From Guillardia theta CCMP2712 (lineage: Eukaryota > Protista > Cryptophyta), in contig NW_005434662.1 in the NCBI RefSeq assembly GCF_000315625.1, positions 154,307-218,306 on the forward strand: a stretch of 64,000 bases of DNA. The letters run 5' to 3'. Numbering within the stretch: the first letter of the stretch is position 1; each line of letters opens with the position of its first letter. The notes under the pieces were generated by a model. It saw nothing but the letters and a program-made list of their open reading frames with translations. It was not told the origin of the DNA and searched no databases. The position numbers and the translations under genes are program-made. Of this stretch, positions 10,807 through 23,059 are shown in pieces.

Positions 10807-13359
10807 ATGCTCGCGCTTCAGGGTTCTCGTCGGCATCATGCACTGGTGATCCTCAGCTTGCTGCTCATGTCGATCCAGCAAGCTTCAGCCTTCTCCCTGT
10901 CTCCAGCGATAGGTTTGAGCCGCTCAGGTTCACAGTCTCGTATCAATGACTGCTCGTGGCCATTCTGACTCCTCGTCCAGGTTCTGCGTTGAGTTTTGCA
11001 CCTTCACTTCATCCTATTTGCTACAACAGAAACGGGCATGCACAGCCTTCAGCTCCGTTCAATGTCCATGTCCCAAGCTTGAGGACAGCAGACAGACAAG
11101 GAGTTCTCTCCTTGAGTGCAAAGCTGCAAACTGGAATCGTAGGCCTTCCGAATGGTGAGTCCTTTGTAGCGGGTGCTGTAGAGATTGACCTGACGTCTTG
11201 AGCCAAGTGGGAAAATCTACTTTGTTCAATGCGCTCTTGAACAAGATCACGGCGGAGGCTGCAAACTTCCCTTTCTGCACGATTGAGCCGAATGTTGGAA
11301 TCGTTCCAGTACCTGATCCAAGGTTAGAGGTCCTGGCGAAGATCAGCGAGTCGGTCAAGGTATCCGTGATAGTTGCTCATGGTCTACAAGATTTTAGATA
11401 ACTTGTGGCATGCAGACTGTTCCTGCGACGATGGAGTTCGTGGATATTGCGGGGATTGTGAAGGGGGCGAGTGAGGGGGCTGGTCTCGGAAACAAATTCC
11501 TTGCCAACATTCGCGAGTGCGACGCCATTGTGCATGTAATCGTCATGGCAAGCGTCTTGTATGTGCTCCTTAGATGGGATCTCAGGTTGTAAGGTGCTTC
11601 GAAGACGACAACGTCATCCACGTCGATGGGAGTGTGGATCCTGTTCGTGACATGGAGGTGAAGTGAATTCGGTCTGAAGAAAGTCTGACACTGAAGCTGT
11701 TGGCAGGTCATCAACTTGGAGCTGATCCTTGCAGATCTTGTACAGGTTGACATATAATCCTGATTTTTTCTACTTGGCCTCTCAACTATCTGCTATTGCC
11801 ATCGCTCCTCGCCCGAACGCTGCTGACCCTATAATTCAGGTCGAGAAGAGGCTGGAAAGGCTTGAAAGGTTTTGACGTGAGGGTGAAGGGACACGTTTCC
11901 GCTGACTTGAAGCACAGAGACATGAAGAGAGTAAAGAAACCAGAAGATGTCCTTGAACATGGATGTCTGAGCAAGTGATTTTACCCTTTTCTAAATTCAA
12001 TCAAACCTCAAGCTTGTTCAGGATCAAGGCTCAGCTCGACGAAGGCAAGGCTGCGAGAACGGTCAGAATCTGAGCATCACTTTGTCATGGTCTTTTTATG
12101 ACGAAGCTGTACAGGCAAAGATCAACGATGAGGAGAAGCTGTCGATCAAGAGCCTGGGGTTGCTCACCCTGAAGGTGAAAACCCTCATCTGACTTTGGAG
12201 GGAGCAGGGGGAAGGAGGGGAGGGGAAGGGAAGGGGAGGGAAGGGGAAGGGAGCAGAGGATCATATTCCTAACTCTCACTCGCAGCCTGTCATCTACGCT
12301 GCCAATGTTCCGGATAGTGATTTGAGGTTTGACTGCCCTTCCTCCCTACTCCCTGCAACCTATCAAGTCTAAGAGGACCTTGATTTTCTTTTCTTCTTCC
12401 TTTCTTGATGATAACTGCTTCTGATTTGAATCTCCGGTATCGCAGCACGGGGAACACCATGGTGGAGAAGTGAGAACAAAAGACGAAAAGGAACGTATTG
12501 ACACTCCTGTCACAGAGTGAAAGAGCAGGCTGGAAAAGAAGGTGCCAAGGTTGTCCTGGTATCTGCTCAGGTCGAGTCAGAGATGGCAGAGCTCAGTGCG
12601 GTGCGTTTTTCCTGTGCTGTGCATACCATGTCTCATAAACGGGCAGGAAGAGAAAGCTGAGTTTCTTCAAGCCCTTGGCATCGAGGACCCCAATGCGACT
12701 GGTTTGAATGCTCTCGTTAGGTTTGCATGCCCCCATTCCTTCCCTTCCTGCTTCTATGCTCATGTGTTTGCAGAGCTGCGTACGAACTGCTTGGTTTGAG
12801 GACTTACTTTACAACTGGTAGATATGCACTTCCAATTTTCAATCTGAAACGTCCATTCATGTTTTGACATTGTTGTCCTGATTTGACCCTTTGTTGTGAT
12901 CCACTCTATTCATCGCATGTGTTGCTACATCACAATTTACAATCATCTGTTTCTCCACTTTTATCTCTTGTTTCTCAGGACCCTCCATCCTCTTACTTCC
13001 ATTCGTCATCAGGTCCCACCGAGACAAGAGCGTGGACTATCACAGCTGGAACAAAGGCTCCCCAAGCCGCTGGCGTGATCCATCAGGTGAGCCTTCAAGG
13101 CTTTGTGCGCGTGTTGAACTCTTGCTGCAGGATTTTGAGAGAGGATTCATCCGAGCAGAGACTATCTCCTACAACGACCTCGTCAGCTCAGGGAGCGAGA
13201 AGGTTGCCGCTAACTCAGCTTCTCTCACTCTTCTCCCCAACACTCTATCTGTTCTCATATGTACTACAGGCAGCAAGAGAGAACGGACTTGCTCGCCTTG
13301 AAGGCAAGGAGTATGTGGTACAAGATGGAGACTCCATTCTCTTCCGCTTCAATGTGTAG
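10807..13359 (+). CDS. ychF: YchF/OLA1 (Obg-family) ATPase, plastid-targeted, 18 exons
   Basis: Motifs [53 protein letters not shown], a TGS domain ([27 protein letters not shown]) and the terminal [17 protein letters not shown]. The leader contains QQASA-F. Confidence 0.95.
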
Positions 13360-13590
13360 ACATGATATCTATCATCGCGAATGAACTATCTTTCAACCAA
13401 ACGAACCGGCTGGTTCGATGTGTGTAAATCACTTTCACCAACTATCGAATTCTCTGCAAATGCACACGCATGGGGGATTGTGAGGAATGAAATCATTTCG
13501 GTGGCTTGAGGAGGAGTCTTGGAAATTTGCAATCAATATGGTTCATTACACACTAGAATACAATCTGTTGAAACATGCCTTTGAATATCA

Positions 13591-13863
13591 TCAGGCCAAA
13601 ACTCTTGTAAACTGCTTACAGTTCTCATTCTCGACTTCGCAAAAAGACTCAACAGTATTCAGTTCAAAGTCAGGAAACTCGAATCCTTCATCGTCAATGC
13701 ATGTGATGACTTGAATCATTTTCTTGATATCCATAGGCATGTCCACAAAGCTCAGCTTCTTGACCTTTGGTATGAGTGAGGATTCGCTATCAGTAGACTC
13801 CGTCCTCCTGTTCCTGAAATTGGGTTCGATAATAAGTTCGCAGGAATTCATCTCAGCGGTCAT
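13591..13863 (-). CDS. Small acidic protein, family member A (90 aa, intronless)
   Basis: Shares P-x-D-[IV]-x-K-[ML] and the C-terminal E-x-E-x-x-K-x-[FY]-T-x-V-L-[AP]* motif with the ORFs at 17383 and 18502. Confidence 0.7.
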   Translation of the reverse strand: MTAEMNSCELIIEPNFRNRRTESTDSESSLIPKVKKLSFVDMPMDIKKMIQVITCIDDEGFEFPDFELNTVESFCEVENENCKQFTRVLA

Positions 13864-15001
13864 GCTCCAAACCGACGAAACCTTTCTGACTGTGGCAGGG
13901 CGTGAAGGGCGCTGCAAATTGGGATCCAGAGGAGATGTTGTTTGGCGGAGGAGAAGTCTAGTTACGAAGGAGTAGGTTCGTAGTGAAGGATGTCGTCCGA
14001 AGATCTGTGTAGTAGCTGAGGAGGACGAGAAGATATCAGTGGAGGAAGGAGATGAGAGCTTGAGGGAGAGAGGGCAGGGGCTGACATCTTGTACCGACTC
14101 TCCCCGAAAAAAATGAATAAAACTTTTTTAAAGGTGTTATATGTCAGCTGGAGCAAACATAAACCTCTAAATTGAAACGTTTCGTTCGACTAGCTGACTG
14201 TAACACCTCTTAGTTCCCTCAATAGCCTTTTGATGACTTCTTCATACCAGGCGGTACAATCGAAACGCTGGATGGTTGAGAAAAGTGAGATTTACAACGT
14301 TGCGATAGTGCATCGATACCGTTTGATGCCACGTGATTATCGAAACAGCTTGACTTAAAAGGTTATAGGGAAGGCAGGGCAGGGGTGCAGGCTTAGCTCC
14401 TCCTGATGTATTTTCCGTTGAGATAAGAACGGCTACCTCTATCCTCCTCATCCTCTTACCCCATGCCCACTCAATTACAGTTCAAACGTATCCTGCCCAC
14501 AGTCTTGCTCTTTGTGATAGTTTATTAATGGTTTACTTATAGATTTGGCTACCCTGAGGGCCACCTTTGACGCCTCCTTGCCCCCCCACCTGCCTTGTCG
14601 ACATAAGATATCGGTCAGTGGCTTCTTCCCTGTGGCCCTTGACATTCAAGAACCGTACATACGTTGAGATGAGGAACCCTGGCATCCATCAAGCAAAGCA
14701 AAACTTCAAAAGTTTCTTTTTCAAGAATATTGTCGACACAAGCCTTTGAAAAACATGAATTTAGGAGTTAAAAGTCCTTGTCTATTGACTGATCTTTAAG
14801 TTAACTTCATTGAGTAAAGTACAGTAAAGATAGTAGTGTGCCGGTGGTGCCAGCCAGGATAGAAAATTTACTCAAAATTAAGTTAAACATTGGTAGCAGG
14901 CCCGACAATCCGGGAGATTACCGTACCGTACGGTCGCGTCGACGACGGTTGACCCTGACACACTGTCACTAGCCGCGCCGGGGCATCCGAGCTAGGCTTT
15001 G

Positions 15002-15056
15002 TTTACTCAAAGTTAAGTTAAAAAGCAGTACGAGGACAATCAGGAGAGTCGAGGAG
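15002..15056 (+). repeat. Dispersed repeat TTTACTCAAAGTTAAGTTAAAAAGCAGTACGAGGACAAT..., solo copy
   Basis: Near-identical to 19318-19372 and 53017-53056. Degenerate copies lie at 14795-14819 (reverse) and 14867-14887. Confidence 0.9.
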
Positions 15057-15994
15057 GCTTGACCCTGACACTGGCGAGTCGCACAGGCCGGGCCAAACAG
15101 CGAGAAGAGAAAAGACAGCCGCGGAGAACCAAACCCAATCAGGCTTTCGGATGATGATCGGAGTCCGATGCGGCCGAGTCCTGGCACGCTGCGCCGGCGA
15201 CGGTTCAACGGTTCAAGTGCGCTTTGACCCGGCCGAGTTCCGAGTGTCGCGGCTGCGGCTGGGGCGTCCTGAAACGGGTCAGCCTGGGGTGACTGAAAAC
15301 TTGCTTCGCGGCCGGCCCGGAACCGTGCGCCAGTCAGCCGGCTTGAACCGGCGCGGCTAAACTTAACCGTAGTAGTAACCGTTGAACTTGACATGTACGG
15401 TCGGAAGTCTCGCCGCCGAACTTCCGAAGTCGAGTCCGGGCGACCCGGGTCCAGGCTGAGGCTCGCAACTTGGACCACAGTGACTCCCGCTTTGCCACGC
15501 GGCTCGCCGTCGGCAAACTCGGAAATGAAGAGTCAGTTCAAGTATTCGCCAGTCGGCTGCCGCCGAGCAGCTCAGTCACTCAGGGCCGATCGCGGCCGGG
15601 AGTCCTGAGTTGAAACAGGTATGATTCCACGCCGTCACGCCGTCACGTTCAACTTGCGGCAAGTTGCCAAGTTGCCACCCGGTGACCGTCCGGGGTGTCG
15701 CGGTCCGACGGTCCGATCAGTCACCGTCCCGGAGTCCGGCGGGGTGGGCCCCGGGAGCACTGACTGCAGGCCCGGGACGGCCCGGCGCCGGGACGCCGCC
15801 CGGCCCGGCGTGACGACGCCGGGTCCGCCGCCCTGCCGTAGTGTGACCATCTTGTCAGCATAATCGAAAAAGAGAGAGTTTGATGTCATCATAGTTTAGT
15901 TATGTCGGTTGTGTCATCGTTGCTGACATCAAAGGTCAGCACAAGTCATTTTGTACAAAAAGTTATTTTAGAACCCAAGAAGAAGTCAGAAGTA

Positions 15995-17089
15995 GGTGGG
16001 TCCGGTATACTGTTAACAGTTAAATTCTTTCGGGCCTTATTTTACTGTTAACAGTTAGCATGAAAAGTGTTCCGGTATACTGTTAACAGTATTCCAGCAA
16101 ATTTTCGTTTTCGTCGTCAATTTTTAAAATATGCCTCCAAAAGTGTGAAATTTTAATGGCGGTCCATGAAAAAATTGTGTGCAAGATGCTATGCTTCCGA
16201 ACGCAGATCAAGGTGCTTCCGATGCCAATGTCAAACACAAGGGCAACCAGAACAGATCTCTAAGTTGAAACAAGTGAGCTGGCATGGGCTTAAACGATGA
16301 TAAGAGCTCGGTAAGAATGACTTTATTACAGACAAACTATAGCTTTCAAAACCATGACCAATGCACATCGTTGACGATGTAAAGTCAGACAAACATACCA
16401 AGTTTGAATACACCGACTGGGAAATTAGAATTTGCGACATCATCAGCTTCACATCTGCGAAATGGTGTTCACCTTGAGCCGACATTTCCGAACTCGGAAG
16501 GACATCGCTATCACCTCATGTTTGAGTCATGACAGTCAGTCTTCGTTGCGACCCTCCTCATGACAGAGTCCGTCTTGGTTGCGTATTTCTGAGTGTCTGA
16601 GAGACCTGTTGCTATCCCTGGAATCATCAGTGCTAGCTTCTGAATAAACTTGGATAGCTATGATCCAAGTCGATTGACAGCAGCAATACATCGGCTCTTG
16701 ACGTGAAATCTTTCAACGTGATGCATTGAGAAAGTGCACTTTACGGTGGATTGGATGCTATCGATGTGTATCATAGCATAACCCAGTAAGAGGAGCATTG
16801 CTCTTGATGATCAGCGCGTTGGGGGCGACTTGTGCCGCCGCAGTGCGGGAGGGGCAGCATGGAGCCAAGGCGGGTCGGGGGGGGGCTCACCAGGGGAGTT
16901 TAAAAATCTGACTTTTAAATTTAACTAACCGCGATGAAACAATCGCGGTGCTTAATTTGATCGGATTTGAAGTTTAAGACTTAACCATTAACTGTTAACA
17001 GTTAGATGAAAACCGTTGAAAAACGGTTAACTGTTAACAGTTAAAATTTGTACCAGAGACCTAACTGTTAACAGTATACCGGACCCACC
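15995..17089. mobile_element. Non-autonomous TIR DNA transposon (about 1.1 kb), TA target-site duplication
   Basis: Perfect 28-bp TIR GGTGGGTCCGGTATACTGTTAACAGTTA with TA on both flanks. Each end has three ACTGTTAACAGT palindromes. No intact transposase. Confidence 0.85.
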
Positions 17090-17382
17090 TAGTGCCATCC
17101 AGGAAGGAACGTCGAAACCAGCACGTCAGAGGAAAAGGGCAACTGGTGTTGCACGAGGACAGACAGCCCAGGCAAAGCATTCATTACAGCACAATGCTCA
17201 TGAACACGAACAGTCATACTTACACTGGTGAATTTGTGATTTGAAATCTGTCTTTGCAGTCCCTCCGAAACCAAAAACGAGAATAACCAGTAACACATCT
17301 CAAGGGAGGTGAATTTGCAGTGGCGCAAAACTGATCAACGACTTGCAAAATTGTACTCAAAAGTAATGACATTGAAGTGAAC

Positions 17383-17736
17383 ATGAGAGTTATGTCGAAC
17401 GATTCTATCATAACTACTCAAAGCTCCAGCGAACATACTACACAGAACCAACAACCTACTGCAGCTGCTGTTGGATGGGATTTTGATGCTTTCAGTGAGC
17501 CACCGTCTCATTTGGAAAGTGAACTGCAGAATATTGATTTGGCAAGATGTACAAGTGACTCTGCTGTAGAAAAGCGAAGATCTAGCTGGCTTCCTCCAGA
17601 TGTCCAGAAACTTGTTTCGGTATTCACATGCAGAGAAGTTCTGGACATCGAAGACATGTTTGCAGAGAAGCCTGCTTCAGAAAAATCTCTCTTGGAACCC
17701 GAAGACAGCAAGCAATTTACTCAAGTCCTTGCATGA
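17383..17736 (+). CDS. Small acidic protein, family member B (about 117 aa, intronless)
   Basis: WLPPDVQKLVSVF...LLEPEDSKQFTQVLA*. Confidence 0.7.
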   Translation: MRVMSNDSIITTQSSSEHTTQNQQPTAAAVGWDFDAFSEPPSHLESELQNIDLARCTSDSAVEKRRSSWLPPDVQKLVSVFTCREVLDIEDMFAEKPASEKSLLEPEDSKQFTQVLA

Positions 17737-18501
17737 TCATATGTTTAGACATGAGAAAAACAATGTTTTCACTTGTTCACTATACTGGCGTTTTCGATTG
17801 ATGTCGTGCTGCTTTGTACAATGGGATGCAAATATTTACAGTGTGTGACTTATGTATCATGGGACAGCATCATTAACAGTATGCTGTTCGAAAGCCATAG
17901 GGGGGATCAAGAATTGGAATTCGAAAAGTTTTTTTCCAGGCAGAAGACTGGTTTGGTGGTTGCGTAGCCCGCGCATTCTTGGATAATTTGCAAAAAAACA
18001 ACAACGATTGGTTCATCAAAGACTCAATGGAAGATGGAAGCATGGTTTGACGCATGTCTGGTCCGCATCTATGACTTTTTTGGGCACCGAGAATCTCTTT
18101 ACCGTGTAAGATAAGCTTGCTTTCAGAACAGCAAATACTTTGATTACTTCTTCGAAGATTGGTACGAGAAGTTCTTTGAATCCTATGGGAATTCCATTAA
18201 GTCTTGTTCATCTTCGCTCACCGATGAAGGGTAATATTAAGTTGGGCGACTTCATGAGGAATTCTTTATAGTGTATCACAATCAGTTCAGCGTGAGCTAC
18301 TGACGAAGTATCAATTTAGCTGGTTTGGAGTAAGCATTTTTTGCGCGTTGATGTAGCGAATCGTGTTTTAAGTCTTTCGAATTTATTTCAACAATACATC
18401 TACATTTCGTATCCGAAGGTAACACGGGTTACCATGCCAGTCCTTCGATCCCGATATATACAAACTAGTGATAGAAAGATTCTAGGCCTTGAAAACAACT
18501 T

Positions 18502-18777
18502 TCATGGAAGAACCCTAGTATATCGTTTACATTCTTCAGGTTCAAAGATGTCTGTGTCAGTATTCATTGCCATGTCCATGAAGTCGAGATCATCTTCTTT
18601 TACGTCAATGATGACCTTCAACATTTTGCGTACTTGCTCTGGAACAACAATGTTGTGAATCACAACCTTGGTGTCCTTGAATGTGTCTTCATCTTCACTC
18701 GCAAATATTGTTTCATCCTTTTGTCTGTGAAAGTCTTCATGTTCCACAATGTGAGCAATTTCCATTTCGTTGCACAT
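18502..18777 (-). CDS. Small acidic protein, family member C (91 aa, intronless)
   Basis: VVPEQVRKMLKVI...IFEPEECKRYTRVLP*. Confidence 0.7.
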   Translation of the reverse strand: MCNEMEIAHIVEHEDFHRQKDETIFASEDEDTFKDTKVVIHNIVVPEQVRKMLKVIIDVKEDDLDFMDMAMNTDTDIFEPEECKRYTRVLP

Positions 18778-19315
18778 TGTCTAATCGTGAGCAGAGATGA
18801 GAGAGTTACGGTAGTGTGCTGTTCATCTCTCGTCTTATACACTGCCCTGGGGGAAATCGACACCGTTTCGAATCTGATTCACTCAGAACTGTGTTGTAAA
18901 TAATGATTGAACTCTATTTCGAGAAAAATGCTGACATAATTGTAAGCACAGAGCAGACATAACCATATGTAGTAAATGAAGCTGTTAGAACATGTGCATG
19001 GCATTTGAAATCATAGCCAAACATTCGGAGCAAAATTTCAACCAAAATTTGGCTGTGGTCATCAGACTGCTTTAAGAGATCTTCTGTCAGCATGCTGAGT
19101 CTGAGCTGACAGTTGATGACCTAAATATAATATTATTTCAACTACATATCTCATGAATATCAGTACTTTCATTGTTGGCTGACACTTTTGCTGACCCTGT
19201 GATTTTGACGGAGTCGGCATGACCAACCATTCGGGAACTTAAAAGCTGTCTCAGTGAGGGGCAACCTGCCACTCATTAGCAGTCACGAGGCTCAGCGTGA
19301 GCCGGGAGAATATGA

Positions 19316-19524
19316 CCTTTACTCAAAGTTAAGTTAAAAATCAGTACGAGGACAATGAGGAGAGTCGAGGAGAATGGTCCAGCGCTTGCCGAAGGTGAAA
19401 CTGGTAAACTTTTTAACTTAACTTTGAGTAAAGACTAGGATGGTAAAAGTCACTATGAAGGTATCAGGTATCAGTTTGATTATCCTCGTACCGTAGCGTT
19501 TTTTAACTTAACTTTGAGTAAAGG
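19316..19524. mobile_element. MITE-like element (about 209 bp) bounded by inverted copies of the CCTTTACTCAAAGTTAAGTTAAAAA repeat
   Basis: Left copy at 19316-19356, inverted copy at 19479-19524 and an extra internal inverted copy at 19409-19433. No clear TSD. Confidence 0.7.
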
Positions 19525-20049
19525 CAAGGGGGATTCCAGGGGATGATGAAAGTTTTCACCCTCGAAGTTTGATGATGCAGTCCTTGATGAAGATGACAGG
19601 AAACTGCACGACGAGAATACTGTATCAATGCAAGAATCTCATGCTGATAGTTGTAGGTTTTGTTTTGCTCATATCATCCTGCGAGACAAGTATAGAAAAT
19701 CCTACACTACCTCCCCTTAAGCCAATGCCGCACACAAATCATGCAGTGGAAGAGGAAAACAAAAACAATCTCACCTTGCATGAATCATCCAATAATGGGA
19801 TGGCATTGAGGCGCTCCGAGATTGAAACAGGTATGATTCTAAAATTTTCTCGTTACTTTGCATAATGTTTTGGCTTGCCTGGTATTAGGGCCCGACTACT
19901 TTGTCAATTGGACAGCGATGAACGAGGTTTACGATATAATGGAAGAAAACGGCGAAGAAGAACTGCTAGATGACGAAGACAAGTATCTTTAGCACATGAA
20001 TCGAAATGCCGTAATACTCCTCAGAACAAATTTCTTGACATGCATTTTC

Positions 20050-22202
20050 ATTTACAGCTTTGAATCAGCCTTACGTCTCTTGGTATCAGCCAGACCTTCT
20101 ACCTCGAATTTCTTTTCGCTGAAGGTGGGAAGTGAAAGTTGAGATAAGCCAGCCCAGATGATGCCGGTGATTCACTACGTATTCTCTCCTGCATCCCATC
20201 CGATTGTAAGACAAGAAACGTTCCGACGAGACTCACAGGGCTATAGAAAGTCTTTCTTGATCTCTCCGAGATGCTGTTGCTATTATGATTCCGGCTCGCC
20301 CCTGAGTCCGCAGAAATCTGGATGAGAATGTCAACAATTATCAGGTGGGTTTGAAATATCTACAAACCTCTCGACTGTTTCGGCTCGACAAAAATCCAAG
20401 GCTGGGGCTCTTCGACCTCCTCGGAGTCTGCGTTACACAGCAAATGAGATGGGGCTTCAAGGCTCACATGTGGTGGAACACAGCATACAGTGACAAGCGA
20501 AGAAGACCCAAAAGGTTGGAGCTCGTAAGCTTCGAATGAGAAGTCCTCGCCTCAAAAAATATCTGAGAAAACAGAAGATAGACCTCCCAAATCTTAATAA
20601 TCACCTGAAGAAAGTGCCTGAAGTCGTATCATCCTTTCTATCTCTCGCGTCCTCGCTCGAATGTTCGTGATCTCTCGGGAAGCTGCACGAGACATCTCGA
20701 AGATTTCAAAATCAAACTGACTTTCGCAGAGAAACGGCATAAGGAGAGAATAAGAGTTGCATTCGGTAGAACGTGATCCCCCGCCCAAACTCTGTGAAGT
20801 CCTCAGCTCTATTTCGTCCCCGTTAAAACTTTTAGGCACATGATGAAGTCGCTGATCAGGCAGCATGAAGAACTTCCAGAAGTGTGAAAGTGAGATTGCC
20901 TTGATATCCTCATCTGTAAGAATGCCTACAAGCTCCGCAGCAGCCTCTTTGTCAACGTCGCATCTCATGGTATGGATCTCATCAAGAAGTTCTCCCGCCG
21001 TAACAAGCCCATCACCTGGCGGCAGCATCAGCATGAGACCAAGTAACCATCCATCCATAAAAGCTACCGTCCTCATCGAGGTCTAGGAACCATCCTACTA
21101 GCCCGTCTTCTTTGCAGTCGAAGTATGCTTTCATCTCCTTAACCAGTCGCTCGAATCCTTTCGAACGATGCAAGACAGTTGAGTTTCCCTCTATTATGCT
21201 GTGCTCAAAGTTTTTCGCAGCGGAACTCTCAAAACTCAGGTCACTGTGGTGATTTCCGACGTTTGGATATCTGCTCAAATCCACATGACTGGGCGTTTGG
21301 ACAACAGGGTCAACCCTGTGCTCGGAGCCGACGTCTGCGATGAGTCAAAAGATGCAATCATGCAAAAAGGCGATGCAACGAAGAAAAAAACAAGCATGTA
21401 ACAAGAGCGTATAGCAATCAATCACACCTGGGGAAAATGTTCGAGGAACTTGAGCTGACACACCTTGGTCCATTCCTGCAAAATTATCCAATTTCGGTTG
21501 AACAACAAGCATTGAGAGCCCAGGTGAGTTCGATTTATCTCTATTATGAGACACAACTTCCTTGCCTTCCTTTTGTGAATTTTGAGGATGCCCCGCATCT
21601 GGATGCTGCTCTGCAAGTGTTGATATTCTGTTATTTTCCACATCATCATCAATACAATTTTCTTGGTGCCGATTGTCATCTCCATCTGTATGTACAACAA
21701 CGGTTGATGGTATCACTGGAATGAAATATTGGCCCTCGGAGTCCTCTTGGCTATCCGATGCCACCTCTCGCGCAAATTGCGGAGTTGCTCTTGGGAGCGC
21801 TGGGGCATCAGAAGATGAATCATTGAAATGAAGCCCTTCATTTCTATCCCGTTGATCTTCTGTGTCATCTTGATATTCGTGTGCTTGATCTTTGAGTTCA
21901 AATTCACCATGATCAGAACTATCTGAGACTGAAGAATCATCAGCAAGAAGCTCTCGCCACTTAGTGTAAAGTTTCCTTCGTCTTTGAGCAGTTGATACGT
22001 CAACATCTTTGGGCTCTTGCCGCACAAGCCACTCCCCTGAACTTGAGATGTGCTTCCCACCTTCTCCACTTACATCATTCTGAGTGTTTCCAACCTTTGT
22101 ATCCTCTGTGAATGTTCTGAGCCTTGCCGAAGAGAACCTCGCAGCCATCCTCTCACCCGAACCTGACCTGCTCTCTACCCTACTCGCCAGTGCTCGGTGC
22201 AT
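20050..22202 (-). CDS. EF-hand-containing protein with long disordered acidic N-terminus (3' end approximate)
   Basis: Removing the intron at about 21016-21067 restores WFLDL-DEDGDGLVTAGE-LLDEI, a canonical 12-residue EF loop. The first exon is a 285-aa ORF. Confidence 0.65.
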
Positions 22203-23059
22203 GCCACTGACAGGCCGAGTGAGAGCCTCAGGTCGGCGGCGGCGCCCACCGTTACTGCCGCGGGCGGCGGCTACTGAGGAGTCCGGCAGTTATGACAGTC
22301 ACTGCCACTTTGCAGCTGTAGGGTGACGTTGAGAAGCAGTGACAGGGCCGTCAACTTCGTTCGAGGCTCAGCGCCGGGGAGCTCAGCACGAACCGTGGCA
22401 GTGACCGTACTTGATCAGTGAACTCGGAATGAAACCGTTGAACTTTCGAGTTCAACTGAGCTTCGGAGAGCTCAGCGGTTGGAGTCAGCTTGAAGCTTCT
22501 GAGGGACGATGCTTGCGCTCTCAACGGCACTGACACCTTGCATGTAGCTCAGGGCGGCGACGACGGCGGGGGGGGATGGGGGAGAGCTACCGGCAGCGCT
22601 GAGCCGAGTCAAGCCCGAACCTAGCTAGCCTTTTAAAAACGCGAACCCGCCTCGGTAGAGGTTACGACTCGGCATGAAGCGGGAACGGGGGCAGGAGGAT
22701 GGATGACAAGAAGGTTCAAGCGAGGGAAGGTGGGGTTAGAAATGTACGAGACAGGGCATGCACATGCATGGATATTTGAATCCTCCACGCAGAAAGCATC
22801 AGAAAATATGGCAGGAGAGATGTAGCCTTCATATTCGAGCTTGAAGAAAGAACATGAACATGAATCTGATTGAGATGATTAAGGAATCTTTGGTTTGAAA
22901 CAGTTCAGAGAAGATCGAAGGTGTCACAATGCTGGTAACATCAATGTGAAACAGATTCACGCAGGTCACATGCGTGTAAGAAGATGAACTTTTCTAGTTT
23001 GAAGAATGCAGCGCAGCGGAGCTGCATCCAGATCAGCGGGGCAGTAAAGCGATATCGCA

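Noticed and set aside
14969-15892. Several Arg/Pro/Gly-rich ORFs
   Set aside because: They are by-products of a GC-rich repeat island that is poor in stop codons.
16009-16090. Regularly spaced repeats resembling a mini CRISPR array
   Set aside because: There are only three 12-bp units, they are mirrored at the other end of a TIR element, the context is eukaryotic and no cas genes are present.
16231-16485. ORF inside the TIR element as a transposase or a fourth micro-protein paralogue
   Set aside because: It has no DDE or HTH motifs and lacks the conserved C-terminal motif.
19540-20140. Possible plus-strand acidic gene truncated by the MITE-like element
   Set aside because: Exon-like segments exist, but start and frame could not be resolved with confidence.
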